A DNA stretch of 64,000 bases, taken from positions 1 to 64,000 of IMG/VR virus record IMGVR_UViG_3300047157_000197. One strand, written 5' to 3'. Position 1 is the first letter of the stretch; every line of letters begins with the position of its first letter. This document shows positions 26,304 to 36,669 of the stretch, one piece after another. The notes beneath the pieces were generated by a model. It saw nothing but the letters and a program-made list of their open reading frames with translations, did no database searches and was not told the DNA's origin. The position numbers and the translations under genes are program-made.

Positions 26304-26918
26304 TTGAAAGTATTAATATTAGGTATATCAAGAAGTGGAACCACTTCATTACTAAAGGGATTTAAACACCAAAAGTATATAACAGTTGGGGAACCTTTTA
26401 ATAATGCTATTAATTTAAATAGAGATTATCCACCCGTAGAACTTATTGATAATGATAATATTTGTGTAAAAACCCTTTGCAATCAAATACCTAATAATCT
26501 CGATATATCATTTTATGCTTTTATTAAAAAATTTATTAAAGAGTTTGATAAAATTATTTTACTCGATAGAAAAAATAGCATAGAACATGAAGAAAGTTTT
26601 ATGCATATGTATTGGAGATTATCCATTAATCAACTTGCTCATACAAAATGGAGTAGTGGTGTAGTACCAAATGATTTTAAAGAGAATTTTTATAAAGACG
26701 GTGGAATGAATCGTTTATATTTACAAAAAGAACAATTAAAAAAAATATCAAGCTACATTAATACTCCAATAACATGGTATGAAGAATTATATGGCGAAGA
26801 TAGAATACAATCACTAAAGGTTATAACCAAATGGGATTTAGACTTAGATTCAAACCTTTTAAACAATTATCTCAATCCAAAACATAAACTTAAACAAGTT
26901 AATAAAACCATAATATAA
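26304..26918 (+). CDS. Sulfotransferase-family protein
   Basis: GISRSGTT, GEPFN, LLDRKN, WYEELY; TTG start. Confidence 0.7.
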   Translation: MKVLILGISRSGTTSLLKGFKHQKYITVGEPFNNAINLNRDYPPVELIDNDNICVKTLCNQIPNNLDISFYAFIKKFIKEFDKIILLDRKNSIEHEESFMHMYWRLSINQLAHTKWSSGVVPNDFKENFYKDGGMNRLYLQKEQLKKISSYINTPITWYEELYGEDRIQSLKVITKWDLDLDSNLLNNYLNPKHKLKQVNKTII

Positions 26919-26923
26919 ATAAA

Positions 26924-28129
26924 ATGAAAGTAAAAAATTTAATATTCTATATTACTATTTTTATAGGATTAACCTCATGTGAAAAAGATTTTATTGATGA
27001 TGAGCTTTGTTGTGTACCACCACCTGTGGAAACAATGAAACTTGAATCATATTATAACCAAAAAAGTGGAATAGTATTTAGATGGGGACATTATACATCT
27101 AACTCAACCTCATCAGATATGGGTGAAGTTGGTGGTCATTTTGCTGGTGGACAAGCATACCATGATGTTAATAATGATGGATTTCAAGATATACTTGTTA
27201 CATACCATAGTGAAACAAACGAGTCATCTACTAATTGGTATTTAAATCAAGGAGATGATATACAATTTACAAAAACTTATTTAATAAACGAATCAACAAC
27301 AGGCTTATCTTCATACAAAATTCTTAAAACAGATGTTAATAATGATAATAGAGCAGATTTTATTTTATTAGGTGTAGATGAAACTGTACCAGGAAATTAT
27401 GGTGGAAACTTTACAGTTTTAAAACAAACAACCGAAGGAACCTTTGATGTTATTTCAATTGATGATGGAAATGGATTATGGTTTCACACCGGAGCTGCAG
27501 GAGATTTAAACAACGATGGTTTTGTTGATGTGGTTGGTGCAACGTATATTTGGTTAGGAGATGGAAATGGAAACTTTACTAATACAAATATTAGTGTTCA
27601 TGATTTTGGAGTTGAACCAGCATTAAGTTATGAGATACTTGATATAAACAACGATGGGTTTAATGATATAGTAGTAGGAACACAAGAACCAGGACCTGAT
27701 ATGTATGGAAGTACTTCGAGTATATTATTAGGTAAATCTATTTTTGGAGAGTATAATGTTATACCATTACCGAGTACCGAGACAACACATACAATGGATT
27801 TAGAATTTTTAGATTATGATAATGATGGTGATTTGGATATTTTAGAATTAAGGGGTGTTTCATCTGGTCATGATGAATACTCAACTTATACTTTTATACA
27901 TCTATATACAAATAACAATTTAACATTTACTTTGGATAACGATGTTTTTAGTGAAGCTATAGATGGTGGATATTTACTTGGAAGTGATGATAAAAATGGT
28001 TGGTCAAGAATAAAAATTGATGATATTGATAATGATGGAGTAGATGATATAGTACAAGATAACCACAATGATAGTAATTATAACGGATTAAAAAAAATTA
28101 ACGGAAATTGGAAAAAATATCAATTTTAA
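26924..28129 (+). CDS. Lipoprotein with FG-GAP/VCBS repeats (beta-propeller)
   Basis: Lipobox LTSC; repeats DVNNDGFQD, DVNNDNRAD, DLNNDGFVD, DINNDGFND, DYDNDGDLD, DIDNDGVDD. Confidence 0.82.
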   Translation: MKVKNLIFYITIFIGLTSCEKDFIDDELCCVPPPVETMKLESYYNQKSGIVFRWGHYTSNSTSSDMGEVGGHFAGGQAYHDVNNDGFQDILVTYHSETNESSTNWYLNQGDDIQFTKTYLINESTTGLSSYKILKTDVNNDNRADFILLGVDETVPGNYGGNFTVLKQTTEGTFDVISIDDGNGLWFHTGAAGDLNNDGFVDVVGATYIWLGDGNGNFTNTNISVHDFGVEPALSYEILDINNDGFNDIVVGTQEPGPDMYGSTSSILLGKSIFGEYNVIPLPSTETTHTMDLEFLDYDNDGDLDILELRGVSSGHDEYSTYTFIHLYTNNNLTFTLDNDVFSEAIDGGYLLGSDDKNGWSRIKIDDIDNDGVDDIVQDNHNDSNYNGLKKINGNWKKYQF

Positions 28130-28161
28130 TTAGGATATTACAAATATTTTTCGTATATTTA
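28130..28161 (+). promoter_or_regulatory. Bacteroidota-type promoter
   Basis: TTAGG-N19-TATATTTA. Confidence 0.75.
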
Positions 28162-28169
28162 CATAGTAA

Positions 28170-28688
28170 ATGAGTGATAATATTAACCCTAACAAAGAAA
28201 AAGATTTGAAAAAAAAGATAGTTTACATTGACATGGATGGCGTATTAGTTGATTTCGGAAAAGCAATCGAAGATTGGTTTACTAACCACCCACATTTAAA
28301 AGGAAGATACGAAACGTTTCCTGACCACATCCAAGGATTATTCAGAATTGCACCACCAATGAAAGATGCTATTGAGGCTGTAAAGAAACTACACGAAAGT
28401 GGTAAGTATGAATTATTCATTGCTACTTCTGCTCCTTGGGGTAACCCACAAAGTAATACCGATAAAAGATTTTGGATAGAGGATTACTTCGGTGATATAT
28501 TTCACAAAAGAATGTTCATCACTCACAGAAAAGATTTGTTAGTTGGTGATTATCTTATTGATGATAGAATCAAGAATGGTGCTGGTGAGTTTGGTGGAGA
28601 GTTATTGAGATTCGGAGTAGATTGGGAAAACGATAACAAACCAAATGAATATCCAACTTGGGATAGTATATTAGAAAAATTATTATAA
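28170..28688 (+). CDS. 5'(3')-deoxyribonucleotidase (HAD, NT5C-like)
   Basis: YIDMDGVLVD, ATSAPW, RKDLLVGDYLIDD. Confidence 0.88.
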   Translation: MSDNINPNKEKDLKKKIVYIDMDGVLVDFGKAIEDWFTNHPHLKGRYETFPDHIQGLFRIAPPMKDAIEAVKKLHESGKYELFIATSAPWGNPQSNTDKRFWIEDYFGDIFHKRMFITHRKDLLVGDYLIDDRIKNGAGEFGGELLRFGVDWENDNKPNEYPTWDSILEKLL

Positions 28689-29161
28689 TGAATAGAAAAG
28701 AACAAACAGAAAAATTCGCATTAGATGGAATTAAATTAATAGTTCTTATCATAGCGGTACTAGCAGTATTTGCATCTTTCATGAGTTGTACAGTTGAAGA
28801 TGATATGTTGATGTTGGAACAACCAAAATTAGAACTTGACGGTAGATTACCAATGGATTCAAATGGATATTATCATTTAGAACTAAATCAAAATACTAAT
28901 CAAACAATACACACAATAAGTGGTACTGTTGATGACTATTATTCTAATGAACCATTAAAGGTAAGTTGGGATAGTAATCTTACTTGGATATACCAAGGAG
29001 ATGATGTGAGTACATCTAATCAATCATCTTATGTAGTTAATGGTAAAGTTCACAATGTGATAGCACCAATCAATACAATGGTAGGAGATACTCTTATACT
29101 AACAGGTACTATTAGAGAATATTTAGTTACCGATACAATTAAAATAGTTCTTAATGAGTGA
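28688..29161 (+). CDS. Putative lipoprotein with beta-sandwich domain
   Basis: Hydrophobic stretch ending FMSC, then acidic TVEDD. Confidence 0.55.
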   Translation: MNRKEQTEKFALDGIKLIVLIIAVLAVFASFMSCTVEDDMLMLEQPKLELDGRLPMDSNGYYHLELNQNTNQTIHTISGTVDDYYSNEPLKVSWDSNLTWIYQGDDVSTSNQSSYVVNGKVHNVIAPINTMVGDTLILTGTIREYLVTDTIKIVLNE

Positions 29162-29486
29162 AGTAGTTGAATGGCCATTAAACCCAATTACCGAAGAAAC
29201 TTTTGTAAATCAAAATTGGGAAAGATACGATGAAATTGAAATAACAAAAAGTGGTAAAAAAGATAAATATTATTATTTTATGTTACCTTTACCAAAAGAT
29301 AATCCCGATGATAAAGCATTATGTTTGATATCAACTACAAATGATGAATATGAAGATTTTGATTTTTTAAAAAAAGGTGAATACTTAGTTGAAGTTGAGG
29401 GAACTGCATCTTTAGGTATTTGTAGATATGAAGAAGAATTAGCAATATTATATAAAGCATTAACAAAACAAAATATAGAAGATTAA
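29154..29486 (+). CDS. Hypothetical protein
   Basis: 110 aa ORF. Confidence 0.6.
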   Translation: MSEVVEWPLNPITEETFVNQNWERYDEIEITKSGKKDKYYYFMLPLPKDNPDDKALCLISTTNDEYEDFDFLKKGEYLVEVEGTASLGICRYEEELAILYKALTKQNIED

Positions 29487-29496
29487 ATTATAAAAC

Positions 29497-30159
29497 ATGA
29501 GAAATTATACAGCAGAACAATTACAAGGTAACTATGATAAATTCATAGGTGCATTAAAAAAAGTATTTAAAGGTGAGAGATTAGAAAAACTCTTACTTAT
29601 GTATTCCGAAACGGAATTAGGACAAGAACTGGCATTGGCACCCGCAAGTGGTAAACTACATTTCCATTCAGCTTATGTTGGTGGTTATATAGACCATGTT
29701 ATGAATGTTGCAAGAAACGCATATAAATTAAGAAAAGTTTACGAAGAAGGTGGAGTTAAGGTAGATTTTACAGATGAAGAATTATTATTCGCTGCATTCC
29801 ATCACGATTTAGGTAAACTTGGTACTAGAGAAAACGGCCCTTTATATAAAGCAGAAACATCTGATTGGCATAGAAAGAATCAAAACTCAATGTTCAAACA
29901 TAATGGTGAATTACATTTTATGGATGTAACCCATAGAGCACTTTGGTTACTTAATCAATATGATATCAAATATAACGAAAAAGAAATGTTAGGAATTATG
30001 TTGGCCGATGGATTATATAATGATGCAACTAAACCATACTTCATTTCTTACAGAGAAGAATTTAGATTAAAAACAGATTTACCATATGTTTTACATTGGG
30101 CAGACCACATGAGTTGTAGACAAGAAAATAAAGAGTGGGAAGATTCAAAACCATTTTAA
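29497..30159 (+). CDS. HD-domain phosphohydrolase
   Basis: HSAYVGGYIDHV, FHHDLGK, HWADH. Confidence 0.85.
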   Translation: MRNYTAEQLQGNYDKFIGALKKVFKGERLEKLLLMYSETELGQELALAPASGKLHFHSAYVGGYIDHVMNVARNAYKLRKVYEEGGVKVDFTDEELLFAAFHHDLGKLGTRENGPLYKAETSDWHRKNQNSMFKHNGELHFMDVTHRALWLLNQYDIKYNEKEMLGIMLADGLYNDATKPYFISYREEFRLKTDLPYVLHWADHMSCRQENKEWEDSKPF

Positions 30160-30160
30160 C

Positions 30161-30205
30161 TGACAAATAGTCATGTTATATGTTTACAAAACTGACAAAA
30201 TGTCA
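30161..30205. promoter_or_regulatory. Two TGAC-N5-GTCA sites upstream of Hsp20
   Basis: 30161-30173 and 30193-30205; partial TGAC at 30216. Confidence 0.65.
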
Positions 30206-30283
30206 TCTTATATGTTGACAAAAACGATTGGTATGAATTTGGTACAATAGATAGTAAATGTATAATTAAAAAAAAGGAATATT

Positions 30284-30655
30284 ATGTTTTACACAATTAA
30301 TGAAAATTTCGTAGATAACTTCTTTAAGGACATCTACACAACAAAACCAACTGATAGATTGAATTCACAATTTGAAGCAACAATATTAGAAGATGGTAAA
30401 CAACAAGTTACAATTAACACTATTGGACATAATCCAAAAGATATTACAGTAGATGTTACAGATGAAGAAATCACAGTCAAATCTACAAAAGGAGAAGATA
30501 CTTCTTCGTTTGTTAAGAATATTGATTTAGTATTAACAGTTGGTGCTGATTACGATGGTACAAAAACAACTGCTAAATTTGATAATGGGTTACTTACTCT
30601 CCTCATTGATAAGAAAATTAATAAAAAGGCAAAGTCTTTAAAGATTTCTTATTAA
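30284..30655 (+). CDS. Small heat-shock protein (Hsp20/alpha-crystallin)
   Basis: GHNPKDITV..., TAKFDNGLLTL. Confidence 0.8.
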   Translation: MFYTINENFVDNFFKDIYTTKPTDRLNSQFEATILEDGKQQVTINTIGHNPKDITVDVTDEEITVKSTKGEDTSSFVKNIDLVLTVGADYDGTKTTAKFDNGLLTLLIDKKINKKAKSLKISY

Positions 30656-30676
30656 AACCAATTAATCAAAAATAAG

Positions 30677-30703
30677 AAAAGGGGATTGGTTTCCCCTTTT
30701 TTT
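30677..30703 (+). terminator. Rho-independent terminator, possibly bidirectional
   Basis: AAAAGGGGA/TCCCCTTTT stem with T run. Confidence 0.8.
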
Positions 30704-30712
30704 ATATCTTAA

Positions 30713-30720
30713 TATTTATA
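30713..30720 (+). promoter_or_regulatory. Putative late promoter TATTTATA
   Basis: Directly after a terminator, before ATG 30743. Confidence 0.5.
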
Positions 30721-30742
30721 CATATACAATAAACTATATCAA

Positions 30743-30922
30743 ATGAAAGATATTTACAAACAAAAAGTTTCAAACGCATTAGATTCGTGTGTAAGCAAAT
30801 CTAAAGTAGTTAGAGAAATGGTAACAGGTGAAAGACCCGCTGACCCTAAAACAGCTAGTTCTTATTTACAACAAATCGAGAAATCACTCGAAGAAATCAA
30901 GGAATTTATTGAAAGGGGGTAA
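30743..30922 (+). CDS. 59 aa hypothetical protein, missing from ORF track
   Basis: MKDIYKQKVSNALDSCVSKSKVVREM...IERG. Confidence 0.55.
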   Translation: MKDIYKQKVSNALDSCVSKSKVVREMVTGERPADPKTASSYLQQIEKSLEEIKEFIERG

Positions 30923-30928
30923 CACCTT

Positions 30929-32200
30929 ATGAAGTTTAGAACTTTACTATTAGGAATATCAGCATTGTTCGTGGCATTTAATGCTGCGTTCTTTTCGGTA
31001 AGTGGTTTATCGAAACTATTTGCTGGTGCTTCACTCTCTGTAATTGTTATGGCTAGTTCATTAGAACTTGCTAAACTTATTACTGCTGGTTACCTATACA
31101 ATTATTGGGATAAGATAAACAAATCATTTAGATTGTATTTAAGTGGTGCAGTTATTATTTTAATCCTTATAACATCATTAGGTATCTATGGATTCTTAAC
31201 TTCTGCATTTCAAGATACATTCAATCAATTCAGTATAAAAGAAAAACAATTAGCATTCCTACAACAAAAAGAAAAGTTTTGGGGTGATGATGTAATAAGA
31301 TATGATGAAGAACTTAAAAGAATTAGCGGTAACATTAGTACTCTTTCTAATGCGAAATCTCAATCAATCCAAGTACGAGACACCTCGGTGGTTGGGGGCG
31401 TTAGAACAACCATCTCTACTTCCGAACTTAGGATTTCTCAAAAACGTATCGAAGTTGAAGAACAAAATCGTAAAGGTGTTCAAGCGAAAAGAGAAGTAGC
31501 AGCAGATTCATTACAATCAATTCAATTAAAAATATTAGATGTTGAATCATCAGAAGGTGTATCATCTGAATTAGGACCACTTGAATATCTTAGTGGATTA
31601 TTAGATAGACCTATGGATGTTATTATTAATTGGTTTATCTTAATTATTATCTTTGTATTTGACCCACTTGCAGTTGCACTTGTAATTGCATTTAACAACG
31701 CAGTAATGGTTGATAGGGGAATTGTTAAAAAAGAAAAAGTAATTCGTAAGAGAGAGTTATATGATGAGATACCAGAAGATGAGGATGATAGTTCTATTGA
31801 TAAAGAAATGGCTATGGCTCATTTAACAAACCAAATGGGAGATGATGATAGTGATATTGACAATCTAACAGAATCTGATAAAGATTCTAAAATAGAAAGC
31901 TTAGAAGAAACATTAGATACTGTATTAGATGACGTTACTTTTGAAAAAGCAGATTTAAACAAAGATGGTATTGTAACCCAAGAAGAAGAAAGAGAATTTT
32001 ACGAAACAACAGGTTGGAAAAACTCACATAATGGTAATCCTTATTTTACTCACCCTTGGTTTGATTGGCAGAAAAAAGAAAGATGGATTAACGATAGAGA
32101 TGCTATCAATTATTGGTTAAATGTAAAGGGAGGTAACAGAACCGCACTATCTCAATTTAAAAAAGAATACCCAACAGATTTTACTAAAAAAACTTATTAA
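30929..32200 (+). CDS. Multi-TM coiled-coil membrane protein with an EF-hand loop
   Basis: 3 N-terminal TMs, coiled coil, TM DPLAVAL, DLNKDGIVTQEE. Confidence 0.7.
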   Translation: MKFRTLLLGISALFVAFNAAFFSVSGLSKLFAGASLSVIVMASSLELAKLITAGYLYNYWDKINKSFRLYLSGAVIILILITSLGIYGFLTSAFQDTFNQFSIKEKQLAFLQQKEKFWGDDVIRYDEELKRISGNISTLSNAKSQSIQVRDTSVVGGVRTTISTSELRISQKRIEVEEQNRKGVQAKREVAADSLQSIQLKILDVESSEGVSSELGPLEYLSGLLDRPMDVIINWFILIIIFVFDPLAVALVIAFNNAVMVDRGIVKKEKVIRKRELYDEIPEDEDDSSIDKEMAMAHLTNQMGDDDSDIDNLTESDKDSKIESLEETLDTVLDDVTFEKADLNKDGIVTQEEEREFYETTGWKNSHNGNPYFTHPWFDWQKKERWINDRDAINYWLNVKGGNRTALSQFKKEYPTDFTKKTY

Positions 32201-32204
32201 AAAA

Positions 32205-32236
32205 TTTGGATAATTCAAATAATTTTCGTATATTTA
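32205..32236 (+). promoter_or_regulatory. Bacteroidota-type promoter
   Basis: TTTGG-N19-TATATTTA. Confidence 0.75.
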
Positions 32237-32266
32237 CTTTGTAAATAAAACGTAAAACTATATAAT

Positions 32267-33214
32267 ATGAATTTAGGTTATGCCTGTATCAACATGACTC
32301 TTGGTAAAAACAAACCAAAAGTTACTACTAATCGTTCAATGATTAAACGTACCTTCTTAGAGAAAGGTATAGATTATGCTGGTGAATTATCTTTACAAAA
32401 TGCTAGAGATTTATTCACTATACTAGAATGGAACAACAAAAACAACATCAAATGTTTCAGATTATCCTCGGATATATTTCCTTGGGCTTCTGAATATGGT
32501 ATTGAAAATTCTCCATACTACAAACGTATAGAAACTGTATTACAAGCATGTGGTAAATATGCTATTGATAATGGTATTCGTATCACATCACACCCTGGTC
32601 CTTTCAATGTATTAGTTTCACCAAGACCTCATGTTGTAGAAAATACTATTACTGATTTATCATTACATGGTAAAGTATTTGATATGATGGGATTGAGTAG
32701 AACTCCATACAACAAACTAAACATTCATTGTAATGGTGTGTATGGTGATAAGATTTCTGCTATGGATAGATTCTGTAAGAACTTCGAGAGATTACCAGAA
32801 TCAGTACAAACAAGATTAACAGTAGAGAATGATGATAAGGCATCTATGTACTCAGTAAAAGATTTGATGTACATACATGAACGTATTGGTATCCCTATTG
32901 TATTTGATTATCATCACCACAAATTCAATACAGGTGATTTATCAGAACAAGAAGCATTAGAACTTGCATTATCTACTTGGCCTAAAGGTATCAAACCAAT
33001 GGTTCATTATTCAGAATCAAAAAGATTACACGAAGGTAATGATAAGATTAAAGTACAGGCTCATTCAGATTACATTAATGAATTACCAAACTCATATGGT
33101 AACGATATAGATGTTATGGTTGAGGCTAAGGCAAAAGAACTATCTATACTTCCATATATTAATTCAAATAGATGTGAGTATAGTGGATTATTAAGTACAT
33201 CAAGTTATGAATAA
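32267..33214 (+). CDS. uvsE: UV DNA damage endonuclease
   Basis: LGYACIN, FRLSSD, HPGPF, LTVENDD, FDYHHH, VHYSES, MVEAKAKE. Confidence 0.92.
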   Translation: MNLGYACINMTLGKNKPKVTTNRSMIKRTFLEKGIDYAGELSLQNARDLFTILEWNNKNNIKCFRLSSDIFPWASEYGIENSPYYKRIETVLQACGKYAIDNGIRITSHPGPFNVLVSPRPHVVENTITDLSLHGKVFDMMGLSRTPYNKLNIHCNGVYGDKISAMDRFCKNFERLPESVQTRLTVENDDKASMYSVKDLMYIHERIGIPIVFDYHHHKFNTGDLSEQEALELALSTWPKGIKPMVHYSESKRLHEGNDKIKVQAHSDYINELPNSYGNDIDVMVEAKAKELSILPYINSNRCEYSGLLSTSSYE

Positions 33215-33518
33215 AATAAAACAACACTTACAAAGATACATTGGGTGGTACTTTTTAGTAGCATCACTTGGATTGATTATAGGAGAAGAATACTTTACAG
33301 GTTTTCTTATAGGATTAATAACTCTTTTAAAAATACCACCATTTGATTGGATAGGTAGAGCTATGGATTGGGCTGCTGGTATCGGAGTTTATTGGGGATT
33401 GAAACTGAGAAGTTGGAAAGAGAAACAAAATAAACCAATTCAAGTAATAGTAACAATAGTTGCTATAATTCTAATATTATTAATATGGTGGTTTATGCCT
33501 GAATGTGAATTATGTTAA
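33207..33518 (+). CDS. Membrane protein
   Basis: Several hydrophobic segments. Confidence 0.6.
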   Translation: MNKIKQHLQRYIGWYFLVASLGLIIGEEYFTGFLIGLITLLKIPPFDWIGRAMDWAAGIGVYWGLKLRSWKEKQNKPIQVIVTIVAIILILLIWWFMPECELC

Positions 33519-33660
33519 AAATAAAATATGAAAAAAGAAAAGAAAGTTAGACAGTACAGAAGTAATCAAGGTAGAAGTCCAAAACAACAAAGTCAAAATG
33601 AAAAGGGAATGTTCATTAGTTGTATGGGTTTATTGATTATAGTAACTGGATTAATCTTAT

Positions 33661-33888
33661 ATGGATTATTCAATGGGTAATATAAACTCAATTCCACAAG
33701 TAGTTGTGGTACACAAAAAACCTCGTAAGAATGGTAAAGTATTTTTAGAGGTATTTGAAAACACGCGTGTTGATGATATTATCAATGCTAGAAAATTAAA
33801 ACCACTTATACCAAAAGAAAACGAAATACTCGATATAGGAGTAGGAATTTCATTTGTTGAAAGGTATAAGAAAAAACACAAATTATGA
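33661..33888 (+). CDS. Hypothetical protein
   Basis: ~75 aa; start may be ATG 33667. Confidence 0.55.
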   Translation: MDYSMGNINSIPQVVVVHKKPRKNGKVFLEVFENTRVDDIINARKLKPLIPKENEILDIGVGISFVERYKKKHKL

Positions 33889-34124
33889 AAAAATTAAAAC
33901 TTATTATGGGAATTATAATTCCCTTCGGATTAGCAGGAATTCCATTTGGAGCTGCATTAGAACTTGTTAAACAAGGAGAAGAACCAACTGCAATAATTGT
34001 AGGATTGTTAACACCAACAATATTAGCAGCATTTATCTTAGTCAAACAAATAAAAAATGATTATGATAGAAAAGAAGCTATTCAAAGAAGAAGAGCAAAT
34101 AATTACAGAAGAAAAAAGAAATAA
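33885..34124 (+). CDS. Small membrane protein
   Basis: Two TMs, basic tail. Confidence 0.55.
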   Translation: MKKLKLIMGIIIPFGLAGIPFGAALELVKQGEEPTAIIVGLLTPTILAAFILVKQIKNDYDRKEAIQRRRANNYRRKKK

Positions 34125-34127
34125 GGT

Positions 34128-34712
34128 TTGAGTACAAAAAAGCATTTAGTAGTAATCGGTCATCCTGACAATAAATCATTTTGTTACAATGGTATATTTA
34201 AAACTATTGTAAGACAACTGAAAAGACACAACGAAACTTTTGAGGTTATTGATGTGTATGATGATAAACTACATCGTGATAGAACAGAATTAATTAAGGA
34301 TTATAAAAGATTAGTTACATGGTCAACTCACATTTATTTTGTATCACCAGTATGGTGGTTTAGAATGACACCTAAGATGGAAACATTCTTTGATGAAGTT
34401 CTTACACCAGGATTTGCATATAAGTTTGTACCTTTATTTGGTAAGTATGCTTACCCAAAACCATTTCTTAGTGATAAGAAAGTTAGAACTTATATTACAC
34501 ATGGTGCACCGATGTTACCTGTTATTACTTTATATCTTAATTCAGTTAAGTTAAGATTGGTAATGGGAGTATATACATTTGTATTTGGGTGGAAACCATC
34601 GAGGTGGTTTAAAACAAAACAATTTTGGTCTGTTCCATTTGTAGATGCAAAGAAACGAGCAAAATACTTACGAGTAGTAAAAGAAGATATTAGAAAAGAT
34701 TTAGGTCTGTGA
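34128..34712 (+). CDS. Flavodoxin-fold NAD(P)H oxidoreductase (MdaB/KefF-like)
   Basis: VIGHPDNKSFC, SPVWWFRMTPKMETFFDEV, PGFAY. Confidence 0.82.
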   Translation: MSTKKHLVVIGHPDNKSFCYNGIFKTIVRQLKRHNETFEVIDVYDDKLHRDRTELIKDYKRLVTWSTHIYFVSPVWWFRMTPKMETFFDEVLTPGFAYKFVPLFGKYAYPKPFLSDKKVRTYITHGAPMLPVITLYLNSVKLRLVMGVYTFVFGWKPSRWFKTKQFWSVPFVDAKKRAKYLRVVKEDIRKDLGL

Positions 34713-36091
34713 AATTAAGAGAGAATCAAATAGAACCAGTAGCAATTGGAGTTGAGTTTTTACGAACTCCAAAAATGAAACCATCGATTATCGTAGCACC
34801 AACTGCTTTCGGTAAATCGATTGTTATTGCTGCAATTGCCAAAGAACTTGGTGAGAAGATTTTGGTTCTACAACCATCAAAAGAATTATTAGAACAAAAC
34901 TATGATAAGTTTGTTACTCTTGGTGGAACTGCATCAATCTATTCAGCATCGGCTGGTAGTAAAGAAATGGGTCGTGTAACATACGCAACAATTGGTTCGA
35001 TAATCAATATTGCACACGAGTTCAAAAGTATGGGGGTCAGTAAAATCATCATAGATGAGTGTGATAGATATCCAAGAAACAAATCAGGACAGTTAAGGAG
35101 ATTTGTGGATGGTATGAAAGCAACTCATGTCCTTGGTCTTACTGCAACCCCCTTGAAATTGCAAACGAATATGGGAGATACTGGTCCGTATTCTAAATTA
35201 GTAATGTTAACGAATCGTTCTAAACATGGTGTATTTTTTAAGTACATACTTCATGTTTCACAGATTCAAGATATTGTTAAGTTAAACTATTGGAGTAAGT
35301 TAGAATATCAATCATATGATTTCGATACAGGTGCCTTAGTTTATAATTCGAGTGGTGCTGAATATACACAAGATTCTATTGCTCGTTCTTATGAGAATCA
35401 AAACATTGGTGATAAGATTGTAAAGAAGATTGCTGAAGTACAAGATAGGAAATCTATATTAGTTGCAGTACCAACGATAGAACAAGCAACTAATCTTGCA
35501 AAAAGAATTCCACAAGCAGCAGTTGTACATGGTGGAACTCCAAAAGATGAACGTAAAAGAATCATAGAAGAATTCAGAAATCAACAGATACGAGTTATTG
35601 TACAAGTTAATGTACTAACAGTTGGATTTGATTATCCTGAATTGGATTGTTTGATTACAGGTAGACCAACCGCATCTATATCTTGGTGGTATCAGTTTGT
35701 TGGTAGAGGAACTCGTATTCACGATGATAAAGAAGATTGTTTAGTTGTAGATTTTGTAGGTTCAGTAGAAAGATTTGGTAAAGTAGAGGAACTATATTAT
35801 AAAGATACTGGTGGTGAAGAATGGGAATTGTTTGGAGAAGGTAAAAAACAAATCACAGGTATTCCAATACACGAAATCGGAATTCACTTAGAGGGTGGAG
35901 TAAATCTTGCAGAAAAGAAAAACGAAGATGGTGATATAGAAAAAGTTTATATGACCTTTGGAAAGTATAAAGGTAAACCCGTTGCATCAGTTCCACCTTA
36001 TTATAGAAAGTGGATGATAGATAATATTACATGGGGGCCATGGAATATTAAAATAAAAGAAGAAATAGAAAGATTAGCAAATATAAAATAA
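34709..36091 (+). CDS. SF2 DEAD/DEAH helicase (RadD/YejH-like) with C-terminal DUF3820-like domain
   Basis: APTAFGKS, IIDECD, GLTATP, VLTVGFDYP, QFVGRGTR; MTFGKYKG tail. Confidence 0.9.
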   Translation: MKLRENQIEPVAIGVEFLRTPKMKPSIIVAPTAFGKSIVIAAIAKELGEKILVLQPSKELLEQNYDKFVTLGGTASIYSASAGSKEMGRVTYATIGSIINIAHEFKSMGVSKIIIDECDRYPRNKSGQLRRFVDGMKATHVLGLTATPLKLQTNMGDTGPYSKLVMLTNRSKHGVFFKYILHVSQIQDIVKLNYWSKLEYQSYDFDTGALVYNSSGAEYTQDSIARSYENQNIGDKIVKKIAEVQDRKSILVAVPTIEQATNLAKRIPQAAVVHGGTPKDERKRIIEEFRNQQIRVIVQVNVLTVGFDYPELDCLITGRPTASISWWYQFVGRGTRIHDDKEDCLVVDFVGSVERFGKVEELYYKDTGGEEWELFGEGKKQITGIPIHEIGIHLEGGVNLAEKKNEDGDIEKVYMTFGKYKGKPVASVPPYYRKWMIDNITWGPWNIKIKEEIERLANIK

Positions 36092-36669
36092 TGTATAAAA
36101 AACTTTTATATAATGATGATTGTATTTTAGATACCATTTCAAAAAAGGTAATTTTTGATTTTAATAAAGAATGGGATAATTACGAAAAATGGAAACTAAA
36201 AAATCCAAACATTGAGCATGGTATTACAAAAGAAAGAGATGGTAGGTTAAAATGGAATCAAGGAGTACCTATTAAAAAAGAAAATGAAGAGTTTTACTAC
36301 CAATTAAACGGTAAACTATTTAAGAAAAAAATATACAATGAAACTGAACTAATTCAGCAGTTAGAATATTTTACAGAAGATGATTTAAATTTTGATGCGG
36401 AAGTAGTATATAAAGAAACTAATTATTCTAACGGAGTATTGACAGAAGAAATACGATATTATTATTATCCTAGATATGTTCAAACTCATATAATTTTTTA
36501 TCCACCAAATGATACATATTCTTTATCATATTATAAAAAAGAACTAGATATAGCTGGAAAATTGATTAGTGAAATAGAATGTAAAGTTATAAATGAAATA
36601 AAATATTTTAAAGAAACCATATTTGATGCAATCGGTAATATAAAAAATACAAAAGAGTGGGAAGAGTAA
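36091..36669 (+). CDS. Hypothetical protein
   Basis: 192 aa, Tyr-rich. Confidence 0.6.
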   Translation: MYKKLLYNDDCILDTISKKVIFDFNKEWDNYEKWKLKNPNIEHGITKERDGRLKWNQGVPIKKENEEFYYQLNGKLFKKKIYNETELIQQLEYFTEDDLNFDAEVVYKETNYSNGVLTEEIRYYYYPRYVQTHIIFYPPNDTYSLSYYKKELDIAGKLISEIECKVINEIKYFKETIFDAIGNIKNTKEWEE

